DNA of 64,000 bases from Gonapodya sp. JEL0774. Its lineage: Eukaryota. Made by a program: the position numbers and the translations under genes. Positions within the stretch are counted from its first letter, which is position 1. The number at the start of each line of letters is the position of its first letter. Positions 12,625 through 25,631 of the stretch are shown here, piece by piece. Where the stretch lies: positions 1-64,000 of the forward strand of contig JADIIX010000127.1 of assembly GCA_027604505.1 (NCBI GenBank). Reading direction: 5' to 3'. The notes below the pieces were generated by a model. That model was not told the origin of the DNA, searched no databases, and saw nothing but the letters and a program-made list of their open reading frames with translations.

Positions 12625-12811
12625 TTTGAATTGATGGATCGGGTCCGATCCTATGACGGAATCAGAAGGTAACGGTAAGCTTGTACTCGAACGGTCGGTC
12701 ATAAAATTGCAGATCCTGCTGTGTTTTGGGGAAGCTGGCGGTGGCGAAGAAGTGTGCGATCAGGCCCGACGATTCAGATTCTGTAACGCATCTTCCTGGC
12801 GTGCAATCGCG

Positions 12812-14530
12812 ATGGCACTCTATGACGCAGCGATTGCTCTAACAAAAGCTGGTCCGAGCTCTTACACAGCGTTTTTCAACTCTGCGATGCCGTTGGCTGA
12901 CAGTAAGCACTCCTTCTTGCTTTCGATCTCTTCCACTGGATCAAACCCACTTGCATTAAGCGTTTAGAAACAAACATAATAAATCTCTTCATGGGGGACT
13001 TGTGCTTTCTTACATCGGTGGGCTGGTTGGGTGCATCATTTTTCCATTTGGAGCAAACGATGAACCATTCTGTTCTACACGTACAAGGCAGAGCACTGGA
13101 AATTGGTGAACATCTTAACCATTTGATTTCAATTGCAATTGGATATTCTGTATTAATCACTAATTTTTTGAGTTTCAGAGCTCTCCCCATCTTTACACAC
13201 ATTCCCACTTTCGTTGACAGCTCAATACCTCACTCCTTGCTTTGCCGACAAATTGGTTTTCGTTACCATCGAGATAACTCGGCGTTCGCGGAGATTTTCA
13301 TTTGTGCGTGCGAAGGTAGAGCAAGATAACCCAAACGGGATGAGAGAGGTATGCGTGGATGCGAGTGGATGTTACGGTAAGCTGAGCCTCTTTCGCCCAC
13401 GTTATGAACCTCCTTCCCTGGAAATCTCTCGCATATCAGGTCTTTATGACTCCTCAACTGTGCCTGGTGATGCGGATTACTCTATTTCTGAAGTGAGCGT
13501 CCCGCAACCCGCAACGTCTTCTGAAACTTTAGTTCACCGCCTCTCTGGATCCGTTCTTCTTGTTTTAGTTCCTTCCTTCACCACTGCCTTCCCCAGCTTC
13601 GTGCATTGACTTCGACCTCGCTCTTCACAACGCTGGTGTCTACCCGCTCTCTCCAAATGCCATCAACGAGTTTCGTATCAAGCTAGTGGACCCAAATACA
13701 TCAAAAATGTTGGAGCCAGTGGGTAGAAGGGCAAAACTAGGCAACGGGACTCCGTTGGTTGAGGCTATGGATGTAAAATTGGGAGCTTGGGTAGGATTTG
13801 GTACGTACATTTCGCGCGTCCTCGTTGAGAAGCTTGTCCATAATTTCATTGAACGCTCTCAAATGTGAAGCGGACGATCGCCCACACGACATGTTCAGTG
13901 TCATGTATTTTGCGGGTGAGAACCACCTCTCTTGCACCTCCAAAGAGGAGAACATCAGCATGATTCATGAATCATGCCTCGTTACCATCCTGAAGATTTT
14001 TTGCCACCCACCAATCTAAACGTACAGCTGGCTTCTCGCGTGCCTGCATCGAACTATTACTGGGATTGGTGAGATTCGGTGAGCATATCGGCACACCATC
14101 TACAACGACTCTAATTGTTCGGTGGTATCTATACAAAGGATCACCCTCTCACTGACTATCAACTTCTTTAATCCTGTACCAAGAAAACCTCTTCTTGGGA
14201 TCGTCTCAACTGTTGAATGGGCGCAGGGTGTCTCCGCAAATGAGAAGGACCGAAAGGGAACAGTACATTGCGTAATTTGGGTTGGTTACATTCGTACTCA
14301 TTGGTTGTATTTGTGGACCTCGTTCCTCTCTAACAATTCCGATTGGCTCCCCTTTTGCTGGAATCATCACTGCAGGATCAAGATGCGAGGAAGGTCATTG
14401 CAATCGCACGACAGGTAAAGTACTCACGTTGCTTCAAGTGACTGGCCTGCGGTTATTAAGCATTCTATGGACATGCCCCTAGCTTGTGTTGTTATCGCCG
14501 TTTGAAAAGGAGGGCGCACCCAAGATCTGA
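12812..14530 (+). CDS. Double-hotdog acyl-CoA thioesterase-like protein (paralog A), C-terminus -PKI
   Basis: Spliced exons: MALYDAAIALTKAGPSSYTAFF, SLHGGLVLSYI, TFPLSLTAQYLTP, RRSRRFSFVRAKVEQ, GAWVGF, DDRPHDMFSVMYFA, TLSLTINFFNPVP, VIW|DQDARKVIAIARQ|LVLLSPFEKEGAPKI*. Confidence 0.75.
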
Positions 14531-14844
14531 TGACAGTTCGCAGAGGTGGACGATAATGCTAGAATGATAACAGCTGATCGATCACAGTAATAATGGAATT
14601 TCTGCAAGGTGTATTTTGCTTGTCTGGTCATCAAAGGTTGGTAGGATTTTCGTTATGAGAAGTTGAGAAGATTCGTGTAATAATATGTGGGGCAATGATG
14701 TGAACCGGATAGATTTGTGTCACACAGAATCTCGCGAATACATAAGCAAGTGCTTCCGAAGTGGACCATTCTTTTCCAAGACTTTGATTCCTGAGTGTTC
14801 GATTCAACCACGAATCCCACTACCCATACACTTTCAACAAAGAA

Positions 14845-17239
14845 ATGGCGGAGTCCAGCCGTCCAGTCTACCCCCCACCCCTCCCGCCTGCCCAACTTTC
14901 CGCGTTGATGACACACGCAATCGACTGGGCGCTGTCACACGGGCTCTCTATGCGAGCGCTCATGCCTTCAGCTGACGGACAGAGCCTCACGCTTTCTGGC
15001 CACCAAGCTCTCCATTTACCTTTCGCGCTGTTCCCTTCGCCCTATCCACGCGCGCACTTCGAGCGTGTGATCAATATTCAGCCTATTTGGAATACGTTGG
15101 TCCATCGAATCTCACGCGACCATGATTTTCTGTGCTCTGTCATTGACGAGTGAGTGTTGTAGGTTTTCCTCGTTTCGGACTCGATTGACTTGGCGCGCTC
15201 TAAAGTAAATAAAGTAAAATGACTGAAATTAATTTGACGGTACCTCGTGGTGGACGATCCTGACAATACGTATGTCAAGACGGTGTTCCCCATGCCGCTG
15301 GACTTCCTTCCAATTCATTGAATGACTCGCCATCTGTAGCCATAATTCTTGTTCTTGAGCTTCACCTGGATTTCCTTCTCCCGTGTTGATTGGGTCTTTG
15401 TTTTGAAGGGTTGCCCCCGTTGATGACTACACAGGGAAGGTGTACGAAATCTATAAACAAGTACATGCAGAAGGTCGTACACTTGTGGGTGGTTGTTGTT
15501 TCTTTTCTACGTTCAGCGTCTGAAGTAGAACACATCGTGACCCTACTCCCGTGCATCTGCTCTTCCTCACTGCATTCAAATTCCGTCAGGATGTCGACTT
15601 GGGCCTTCACCGTTCTGATTATATGGTCCACACGGACGGAGACGGTAGCGTGAAAGCGCTTTTTCAGGTTGAAATCAACACCATATCCAGTTCTTTCAGT
15701 CACCTGTCCACACGGGTTGGCGAGCTACATCGGTGGGTTCCGCGGGGGCTAGCAATCGTTTACTGCCTCGTGGTCATTCAAGCTAGTTGTGGTAAGCAGA
15801 ACGGCAACTGATCATCCCTGTGTATCACTCAGGTATCTCTCGCGCCGTCTCGATTTCTTTAATTCTCCCGACCTCCCTTCGCCCGACATTCGGCTCGACC
15901 AGCTGCCCAACAATTCTTCTTCTCGCGATATTCCCCTTGGCCTCGCTCGTGCTCACGAACTTTACTCGGCGGACGGCCTCGGGCTCTCTCACACAGGTAG
16001 CTTTCAATCCTTGAGTCAGCCTGAAGTCAAGAGCAACATACCGAAAGCCGTTCTGATGGTCTGTCAACCTGCCGAGCGAAACGCTTTTGACCAGCGAGGA
16101 ATCGAACACATACTCTGGGACGAGCATGAAGTAAAACTCGTCAGGGGTACGCTGGAAGAGGTGGCGTCGGAAGCACGGTTACTTGGGAGTGAGAGGAGAC
16201 TCGTTTTGTAAGTCTTTCGTTAACGTTCCAAACTTATTGATTGAAAGCAAAGCAACAACCTCTCTCTACCGAACAGCCGCGACCATGAAATTTCGGTAGT
16301 TTATTACCGTGCTGGATACACTCCGAATGATTATCCTACTGCAGCTTGTTGGGATGCGCGATTGTTGCTTGAGCGCGCGAGGGCAGTCAAGTGCCCCTCG
16401 GCTGCATATCACCTGGTTGGGACGAAGAAAATGCAACAGGTATTAGCAGGCAAAGGTGTTGTTGAAAAGTATGTCTGACTACAGTTGGGAAATTGTTTGC
16501 TCTTTTTTGAGTAAATTCACCTCTGCATCTTCATTCCTCCCAGGTTCATTCCTGACCCAGCTCAAGCCTCTGCTCTCCGGCAGCATATGACTGGATTATA
16601 CCCACTTGATGGAAGTGCTGAGTCAGAAGCTTTGTTGCTGACGGTTCTCACAAATCCGCAAGAATATGTACTTAAACCACAAAGAGAAGGGGGTGGTGAG
16701 TATTGTTATTGTGTTTATTGGTCTTGGAGATGGCTTTGAGCTCCTAAAAATTTGCGGTACTCGTAACATCCCGGCGTTTTCTTTGAAAAATTTTGATGCG
16801 ATTATACCAAATGTCTTCTGAAATGTGTACTTCCAAGGCAACAACTTCTATGGTGCTACAATACCAACCCATATTGCTTCTCTCACACCCATCCAACGCC
16901 GTGCATATATTCTTATGGATCGCATCCGCCCTCCAGTTGTCAAAACCGTTATGGTACGAGAAGGCAAGACAATTCAGACAGGTTGTGTGAGCGAGCTTGG
17001 TGTATATGGCATCTGGGTAAGCCAAGGCGGCGTGGCAGGAAAGGACGACGGCGTTGTAGTACTAAATAAGGATGGTGGCTACTTGCTTCGGACAAAGAGC
17101 AATGAAAGTGATGAGGGAGGGGTGGCAGCAGGATTCGCCGTGGTTGACAGTAAGTGGTGGGCTCCTCTTTTGATCCTTGGTTCTTGATCGCCCACGGTTT
17201 GCTTTCCAATGCTCGCATTCAGGTGTGTTGTTGACCTGA
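14845..17239 (+). CDS. GSH2: Glutathione synthetase (eukaryotic type)
   Basis: [100 protein letters not shown]. Confidence 0.96.
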
Positions 17240-17496
17240 TGAATGTGGTGAACGAGAAACCGCTGCAATCTGATAGCAGAAAACGTACCAAGAATAGATA
17301 GAACCATTATGTTATAGTAATGAGCTTGCCTCGCTGAGTCTGTACGGATTGATGCGGATTTTTTGTCCCGGCCAGTCTTTTGATTTACGTCATCACTCGG
17401 CTGCCAACTTGCAGCGTCTGAAGTCTTTTCAGTCAGTTCACAACAATCTAAGCAATCTTCAACCTCAAAAAACTAAATACACGGCTGCCCAACGCG

Positions 17497-20416
17497 ATGT
17501 TCCGCAATCTGGAACCCCCGTTGCGTGCTCTTCGAGATGCAGCCGCGGATGTTTTTCGATACCAGGCTCTCTACTCCCCGTCTGTAGCATCTGAGCACAC
17601 TGGATCGAGAGGGGCCTTTGGGACATCAAGTGTGGATTCAAATCCTATGGATCGGATTGATGTTGACGAAGAACTGTCTAGGATGGAGCTCGAGTCGAGC
17701 AGCAATGACCCAACTGAGAGCGAGAAAACTAGCAGTGTCGAGATCGATCACTCTTTAAACAGAGTTCTGGTTAGCGTTCCCTTCACGTGTCAATTGATAA
17801 GTCCGCACTCTGGTACAGGTTATTTTGTTTGCAGTCACCCGACACGCCTGCACTGATTGCGCCAGCCGCAGAGCCGTTCAACGACCTCACAAGCAAGCTT
17901 GAAGTTACCCGGTTTTCTGCCGTTAGGGACGAGGAACCCGGGATGCTGGTAGACAAGTATCTCATACTGGGTAGGAATGACAGCGTTGAAGGATCTTCCA
18001 GGAGTGGCGGTAAGGTAGGCACAGGGCAGTGTCTTATGAGATTTTCGCCTTTTTTTTGACATTCCAAACCGGTTGAGGTGGAGATCACGCTCGGAAGTTC
18101 TGAATGGAACCCTAGCGTCGTCACCAGTGAACCGGGATCAGTCACAGAGGGGCGCGACGATGGAATAAACAAGAAGAAGTAAGAATCTTTTTCGCCGCCG
18201 CTGTCCCGGGGGGAGGATCTTAATACCGATGATTTCTAAAGTCGTCCGGCAACTCTATGCGGAGCCGTGCGTCCGCTGACTTTCGATCAAGTCCGCAATG
18301 AGTCCAGCCGTTCGGAAAACAAGGAAGATGGTGAAGAACGTGGGTTTGCAGGGGAAAGTGAGTTTTGCAGGCCGTGTTGCACATGACTGAGGGACTGACA
18401 AGATTCTAGTTAACAACGTTCACCGTGATGAGAAACAAGAGCCCCTTGACCGGGGAATTTTTGCTGAGAAAGCATTGAACGGGAAACCGCAGGCAGAGAA
18501 ACCTTTCCTTGTGACTAGTGGGAGTATTTCGAACTCAGAACTGTTCAGTCAAATCCTCCAATTGAAGTCTGAAAACGATACTCTCAAGAGGGAAATAACA
18601 AGTCTGAGTGGTGCAGAAGCTTTCAAGAGAGTGAAACGCGCAGTTGGATGTCAATCGGAGCTCCGAGGGCGTAAATTGGGTGAAGGTGGTGTGACTGATG
18701 CTTTGATATCTGTAACGCGACGATTGAAAATTGGTTATCCAGAGGTCGAACGACCTCGACTCATCAATGACAAAATATCTTCTGAGCTTGTACCGACGGA
18801 ATCTCACGCGACTGCTTTGGTGGAGGAGGTGAGTTCCAAGTTTCGATTGAGGGTCAACACTTCTGCAGCACTGCTTGGCACATTAGCACCGTATAACCGC
18901 GCACGGAGAGATCGAGAAATCTCAACAATTGGCTTTGAAAGACCGAGAAATTCACTCGCTTCGGTCACAGGTTCGTTTGTCATTTCGGGCCTGTTGTGTC
19001 CGGTTTTGTTAACAATCTCTTTGTCAGGTTGCTGATCTTACTGTTCAATTGGAACAACTTCGGCTTCGAAGTCACGCTGACACACACGTTATGCGCTCGA
19101 GACTAGAGGAAAGTGAGTGCCGGAATTCGTCCAGGTAGATCTCGCCAATAGTTTGGGAGTTCACCGCCATTTGAAATATTCGAAGTAGAAAAGAATGACG
19201 CGATGAAGGAAGCATTCGAGCACGTACCCAACGCAGAAACTGTTTTGGCCAACGTCAGAGAGGAGTACCAGGCGAATGTTAGTCTATCGCACGATGGAGA
19301 GATCCGTTACCCCACTCACGCATTTTGACTTGCAGGTTGAGGCAATCAAAAATGAACGGGCACGTTGTGTCTTGGAGCTCAACACTCAACTGGAAGTCGC
19401 ACAGAACGAAGCAGATCGTATGTGGCATGAACGAGAGGAGATGCAAATACAAGTTGGAGTCATTTAATATAGTGCTTGTTAATCAGTTCCCTGATCGGAG
19501 CTTGTACTGATCTTCAGTTTCAGGCGGATCGCGACAGAACATTCGAGAGGATATCCAAACTTGAAGCAGAACTGAATGATTTACGCCGTAAAGGGAGCAA
19601 TGCTGAGATTCTGGAGAATACGGTTCGTGGCTCTTGGTTTTCCACTAGAAGGAGTATTGACTTTTGGTGTCATTGTCCACAGATACGCGATCTCACATAT
19701 CAGCTCGATCAAGCTGGTCACGAGAGAATTGACACTGCGGAATCAATAGAGCGTGAACATGCTGAAGGTGCGAATATTGATTGCACAATTCCGAGACCCC
19801 AGCCTCATGACCGCTATGAATCTCCATCGCAGCTATACTGTCGTTCCAAACGATGCTTTTATCACTGGAAAATGAGATCCTACATCTCAAAGCGGACTTG
19901 AGTGATGCTCTTAGTGATCGAGATCGTTGGAGAGCTGAAAAAGAAGTGTACGAACTCGAGGAGATCAACGCTGCCAGGAAACATACCAGAGCTGAAAAGG
20001 AGGCCCAGACTGAAAACAGTGCTGTGTCAAGTCAGGCGAATGTGGAAGGTGAAGAATTGGCTAAGGTTTCCAAGTGGTTTGACACGGTACACGGCAAAAG
20101 TGGTACCCACAGGGGTGAAGTCCTCCGCAATAATTCACACAAACAGTACCGTGGATCGTTACTGGAGAGTGCCAAGGGACTCATCAATGACGAACGGAAG
20201 GTCTTGCAGGAATACGACAATATTGTGCTGGGACTGGTGGAGACGGTGGAACGGCTCGTCGATAGGATAGAAAAAATTCGAGGCAGGTCAACAAGCGGGG
20301 AAATGAAAAGAGAGTATTTGCCCTCGCGGGTGGGAAAGACTCTCGTAAGTGCTCCCTTGAACGAGCGGTCGCTCAAGAAGGTCACATGGGACCCGGCCGC
20401 GGAGTGGGGGAAGTAG
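17497..20416 (+). CDS. Multi-exon coiled-coil hypothetical protein
   Basis: Chain of + strand exons with heptad-rich segments (QILQLKSENDTLKREITSL, ISKLEAELNDLRRK, LLSLENEILHLKADL) separated by GT-AG introns. Ends KKVTWDPAAEWGK*. Confidence 0.65.
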
Positions 20417-20729
20417 TTTTGGGTACTCTCTCAATCTATTGTCACTTGTGTAGGTAGCAGCGCGTTTTTGGGCGTAATGTTGTACGTTTAAAAACTCCTC
20501 AATCAGAAGTCAATGCCACGTCACGTCTGTAATTCGCTCGTTGACGAAGCTACCGGGCGAGCCGGTGGAGCGTCTATTGAAAAAAGAAACTCTATCATGC
20601 ATGATCGTCCGCATCGTAGCACCTGACAGTGGTCTGTTGAATTTAGTTCCCGTTATGTTCAATCCACAGCAGCAGTCATGTTCATGCAACTTTGGTCACG
20701 TCCCCACCTCTACACAGGAACACAGTCCC

Positions 20730-23700
20730 ATGCAGCGAACACCAGTCTTTCTCAGAGATAATCCAGCGATGCGAACTTGTCCTGCAATGCATCGATGGCG
20801 CGCATTGTATCCGGAATATGCCTATTCTTCCCGTCTGTCACGTTTCACAGTCAAACCAATATCTATCACAAAAGCCCACATCTCCACCTCGCGCTCGCAA
20901 AGGTCGACAATGCCTCAATCCTTTAAACTTTCGACTTCTGCAGAAAATGGTCAACCGACCCCAACGGAGACCTGTGAGTTCTCTGCACCAGGGTTTTCCT
21001 TCCGTGTGGTGAACCGGAACTGATGTTGGAACCTGTGGGCGTTTTCTGACTGGACAAGCGTCTACTTCTTCTGTGGCTGGCATCCCCCGATCGCGCATCA
21101 GAAATATTGGCATAGTCGCCCATATCGATGCCGGGAAGACGACGACCACCGAGCGAATGCTCTATTATGCGGGCTATACCCGAGCGATTGGCAGTGGGTA
21201 AACGGTTCTTTGGGAATCCCTATATCATATAGCAATCTGCCGATGTCTTAGCGTGCTGCGGATACCTGATGCCCTTCGAATTCCCACGTTAGACGTTGAC
21301 GAGGGAAACACCGTCACCGATTTTTTGCCGGAGGAGCGTGACCGTGGAATTACCATCCAGTCCGCCTGTATTCCTCTCGCTTGGACGCCGCATTCCTATG
21401 ACGGGAGTATGTGTTTCGTAGGGCCCTGTTCTGATGTCGGATACCAACATCATTTGTTTTCATATTAGCGCCCTCACTCCATCTCATTAATCTGATTGAC
21501 ACACCCGGCCACGCGGATTTCACTATCGAAGTTGAAAGGTCGCTTTCAGTTCTTGACGGTTGTGTTGTAATTCTAGATGGTGTTGCGGGAGTGGAAGCAC
21601 AAACAGCTCAAGTATGGACACAAGCCAACCGCTACAATCTACCACGTATTATGGTTGTCAACAAGATGGACCGAGCAGGAGCGGACTTTCGGTCTTGTCT
21701 CGAGGATGCCGAAAGCAAACTGTCCTCTGGCGGAGCTGAGTGCCCCCCAGGTACCGGATGGGGGGTTCCCGTGCCAATTCAGATTCCTGCAGTAGATGAG
21801 GAGCGTATGGGCTCGCCTGGAAATGGCTTTCTTGGTGTCGTGGACTTACTCTCAATGGAGCTTCTAACTTGGTTGCATTCGGATTCAACTGGATCTACAA
21901 TTGTGCGAACTTCGCTCATGGACGTCAATGGCCACAACTCCAGCACGACAGGTATTTCGTCGGACCTTGTCTCACGTGCTCTTGAAGCACGCGAACACCT
22001 TGTAGACCTTCTTACCGGGCACGACGATCGATTGGTTGAGGTCTTCCTCTCACCCGAGGTGGATGGAGACGCTTCTCGAATTCCTGCCGCTGAACTTGCT
22101 GGTGCCATCAGGCGGACCACACTGGCTGGCTCTATTGTACCTGTACTCGCAGCAGCTAGCCTCCGTAATTTGGGAGTGCAGCCTGTGATGGATGCCGCGG
22201 TCTACTATCTCCCAGGGGCAAATGCGAGAGAGAACGAAGAGACCAAACCAGCAATCCCGCGGCGAGACGAACCAGCAATCGCTTTGGCTTTCAAAGTGGT
22301 ACATGACTCCCGAAGAGGATTTCTGACTTACGTGAGGGTCTTCTCAGGTATCTCGAAAATACTGACAGGGACCGCGAATGCAAGATGTCAACGTCGTTCT
22401 TCACTTCCTTGTAGGCACTATTGAGAAGCAGCAGCTTTATAACCAAACAGTGCGCGCAACGTCGATAAACTCAGTCCGTTCACTACCTGAACGCCCATCG
22501 CGTATCCTTCAACCATATGGCGGTGACTTCGAGGAAGTACCCTCTCTATCTTCGGGTCACATCGCAGCACTTACTGGCTTTCGCAACGTTTTCACCGGCG
22601 ACATCCTGACTTCAGTTCCCCCAGGTAAATCTACCGGAAAAAATCGCTACCCCATCAATTTTCCCCCTCGTATTTTCGTCCCACCACCCGTTTATTTTGC
22701 GTCCGTTGAGCCACGCTCCGCCTCGGATGAGAAACCCCTGGCCGAAGCACTTGAGATACTCACGCGGGAGGATCCTAGTATCAGCTGGCGGGTTGATGAG
22801 GAAAGTGGACAGTGGATCGTAGGTGGAATGGGTGCACTACATCTGGAAGTCGTTGGAAACCGCCTCAGGGACAGGTTCGGAGTGTCCTGTGAAGTCGGAA
22901 AAGTGCGCGTGGGGTATCGCGAAAGAGTATCGTTGGTTGCAGATGAAAGGAAGGAAGTCTCTTGCGACTGGGAACGGATAGTTCTGGGGAAGAAGCAGCG
23001 CGTAGAGGTGCGAGTTGAAATTCGGTGTGTCGAGAGACCACACGACAGGGAGGATGCCTCGGAGGGGCGGGATATTGCACCGTACACACCAACTGCCGAG
23101 TTGACAGATCAGGCGCAATCTTCGTCCAGCGGGAGAAGGCGCAAAGATCGGGAAGGAGATTCCAGCTCCAACAGCCAACCCCTGCAATATCACACGCATC
23201 ACCCCGATGCCGACGAGAACCTGGTGATTCTACCAGCGGATCCCTTGAATCTTTTCGTCTCTACGGATGGACCGTTCTCGAAGCTGCCCATACCTGGCTA
23301 CCCTCCGTTGTCAGACCTCATTGATGCTTGTGTGCGTGGAGCACGAGTGGCATTGCTTCGAGGGCCTCTTATGGGCGCGCAGCTGCGTGAATCTCAGGTG
23401 TTTATCAAGAGCGTTACTTTATACTCGCCAGAATTATCGACAATAAGCGCAGTGCGATCGGCGGTATCGCGGGCTGTATCAGACACTCTTGCGGCTGCGG
23501 GAACCAGGGCAATGGAACCCGTCGCAGATTTGGAGGTTACATGCCGGGCGGGGGATGTCGGCGTGATATCCAGGGACTTGACAGGTGTCAGGAGCGGTAA
23601 TATTCTTGAAATCCGTGATGGTTCCAGTGCTGGAACGGGAGGGAGGAGCGTGGTGAAAGCTGTCGTACCACTGGCAGAAATGTCCGGCTACTTAAGCTCC

Positions 23701-23814
23701 CTACGTAGCCTTTCTGGTGGAACAGCGTCTATGGGTGTGAGAGTGAAAGGATACGAGGTGGTACAGGGTGAGGCCAGGACCGACAATATCGTGAAGGAGG
23801 TCTCGGGCCTGTAA
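20730..23814 (+). CDS. MEF2: Mitochondrial elongation factor G2 / ribosome-releasing factor 2
   Basis: [92 protein letters not shown]. Arg/Ser-rich N-terminus. Start codon approximate. Confidence 0.9.
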
Positions 23815-23884
23815 TAAGGCTGGGCTTGCATGCGAACATTGCTTTTAGCAGTGTATTCTACTTTGTTCATATAATGTACCAATT

Positions 23885-25380
23885 TTAGATCTTCGCTTCT
23901 GTTGAAGCACCGCGCATCGGGAAGGATGTCATCAGCACAGCCTGCGTGTTCCACAAAGAGAGGAAGTGAGTGGTGCGATAGCAAAGTCCCAAACCGCTGT
24001 AGAAGTTCAAGAACCCACCTGCCGCGAAACAGCGATAACTTTGCCAGTGTCTTGGTCCTGAGATGAAAGTGTGATTGAAGGAATCTGAACATCTCAGCGA
24101 AGAGCAGACGTGGCGGTTGGAATCTTACCCAAACTACATTGTGTACCGTCCCCCTTCTATCTTTTGTATCTTGAGCAAACTCCATGGTCGATACAACACA
24201 AAGGAGAGGCTTCGAAGGAACAGGGTTAAGGAAGTTAATAGAGAATGAAAGCGTAGTCCAATCCCAGAAATAATTGAGGGCCGGACGATATGGATTCAGT
24301 TGAAGTTGAGCGTTTGTTGGCGGTAAGAAGTCTGCGTGACCAACGCAAAAAAACTGACTTCGCAGCTGGTGTTTGTTGATTGTCAGAAGTTTGACCGGCT
24401 CGTACCTGAAAAGTAGATCACGCTGTGCAAATCATGTTCTCTTTTATTTACTTGAACATGATACCAATGATAACGGAAAGAATTCAGTTCGGACGTCTCA
24501 AGTACACTTAATTTCCACTCACCAAATCCGACCCATGCGCCCACCTTCAGGTTCATGACTGCTTTGTCTACCTTCCCCTTCCGCACTGTTCGTGCAAGTT
24601 GCTTCAGCGATTCGACTGCGGCAGGATCTGTCAGCTTATGTCTGAAATCTTGATCCCTATCTGGCGAAAGGGGGAAAACTCCAGCTTGAGCGAGAAGGAG
24701 GTCAATGGGTTGGCAGTTTGATGGAGAAGGAAGTGGGGGAGGTGTGAACTGTTTGAGCCCCGGAGGAGGTTTCCAGTTAGCGTCTTAGTTCAGCTCAGCA
24801 GGTGCGTAGTTGAGATATTTACGTCCGAAATTACGAAGTCGGAAGTGGTTTCCGGTGATTTCTCGGCTGCTCCATAGCACCCGTTCGCATCGATGCGAAC
24901 CAGTGGTGAAGCCGGCCCGCTTGGGAGTTGCTCGAGCCTCGCACGAACGAAAGTGAATCGTCGCGCACTCTTCACAATCTCCACAGTAACAATTATTGGG
25001 ATGTCAGCGAGAGTTGCTGCGATGAACTGTGTGGAAAGCGTGAGCGGGTGGGTGTGCGTGGATGACCGGCTTTCAAGCTCCAGGGAAATGGCCTTGGCTG
25101 ATAGTATGGAGCAGTCAGGAAGTCTTGATGACTTGTGAAGAAGACATCGGTCGCTGCCCGGACTTACTGATGAATGCAATGACAAGCCCGCCATGCAAGC
25201 TCTGATTCACGTTTTTGAAGGCTGGTGTACAAGGCTCCAATCAGATTTGTGCTCGAGTTGAGTTGTTCATAAACTCATACCTTCAGCTTGTTTTGAGTTT
25301 GAGGCGAACAGAGCTCTGTACTTTCCGGGAGCGATTCTCGTCAGCTGTAAGGAAGCGTCAAAGATGTCCGGCACAGCCAT
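23885..25380 (-). CDS. Double-hotdog acyl-CoA thioesterase-like protein (paralog B), C-terminus -AKI
   Basis: MAVPDIFDASLQLTRIAPGKYRALF, SLHGGLVIAFI, THPLTLSTQFIAA, KSARRFTFVRARLEQ, GAWVGF, KREHDLHSVIYFS, VVW|DQDTGKVIAVSRQ|AVLMTSFPMRGASTEAKI*. Confidence 0.75.
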
Positions 25381-25631
25381 CGCGTTGTGGCTCTCCCCGA
25401 GAACGGAATCGGAATCTTTCAGAGGTTTCCAAATTCAACCCGGTTAAATATTCACCGATTACCCGCCTCATTAGCCGGCAATCGCATCATATTCGAGTAC
25501 GTTGATATCCCCACAACCCTTCTCTACTTGTCGGACGAATAGTTCTTCAGTAAAGGGCATCTATTGATTCCTGTACGAGGTGAGAATTTACTGTTTCAAG
25601 ATGTGGTAACCTCTGTATACACTCCACCACG

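Noticed and set aside
15150..15408. Long first intron of GSH2 as a snoRNA host
   Set aside because: Only short palindromes; no convincing C/D or H/ACA box arrangement by eye.
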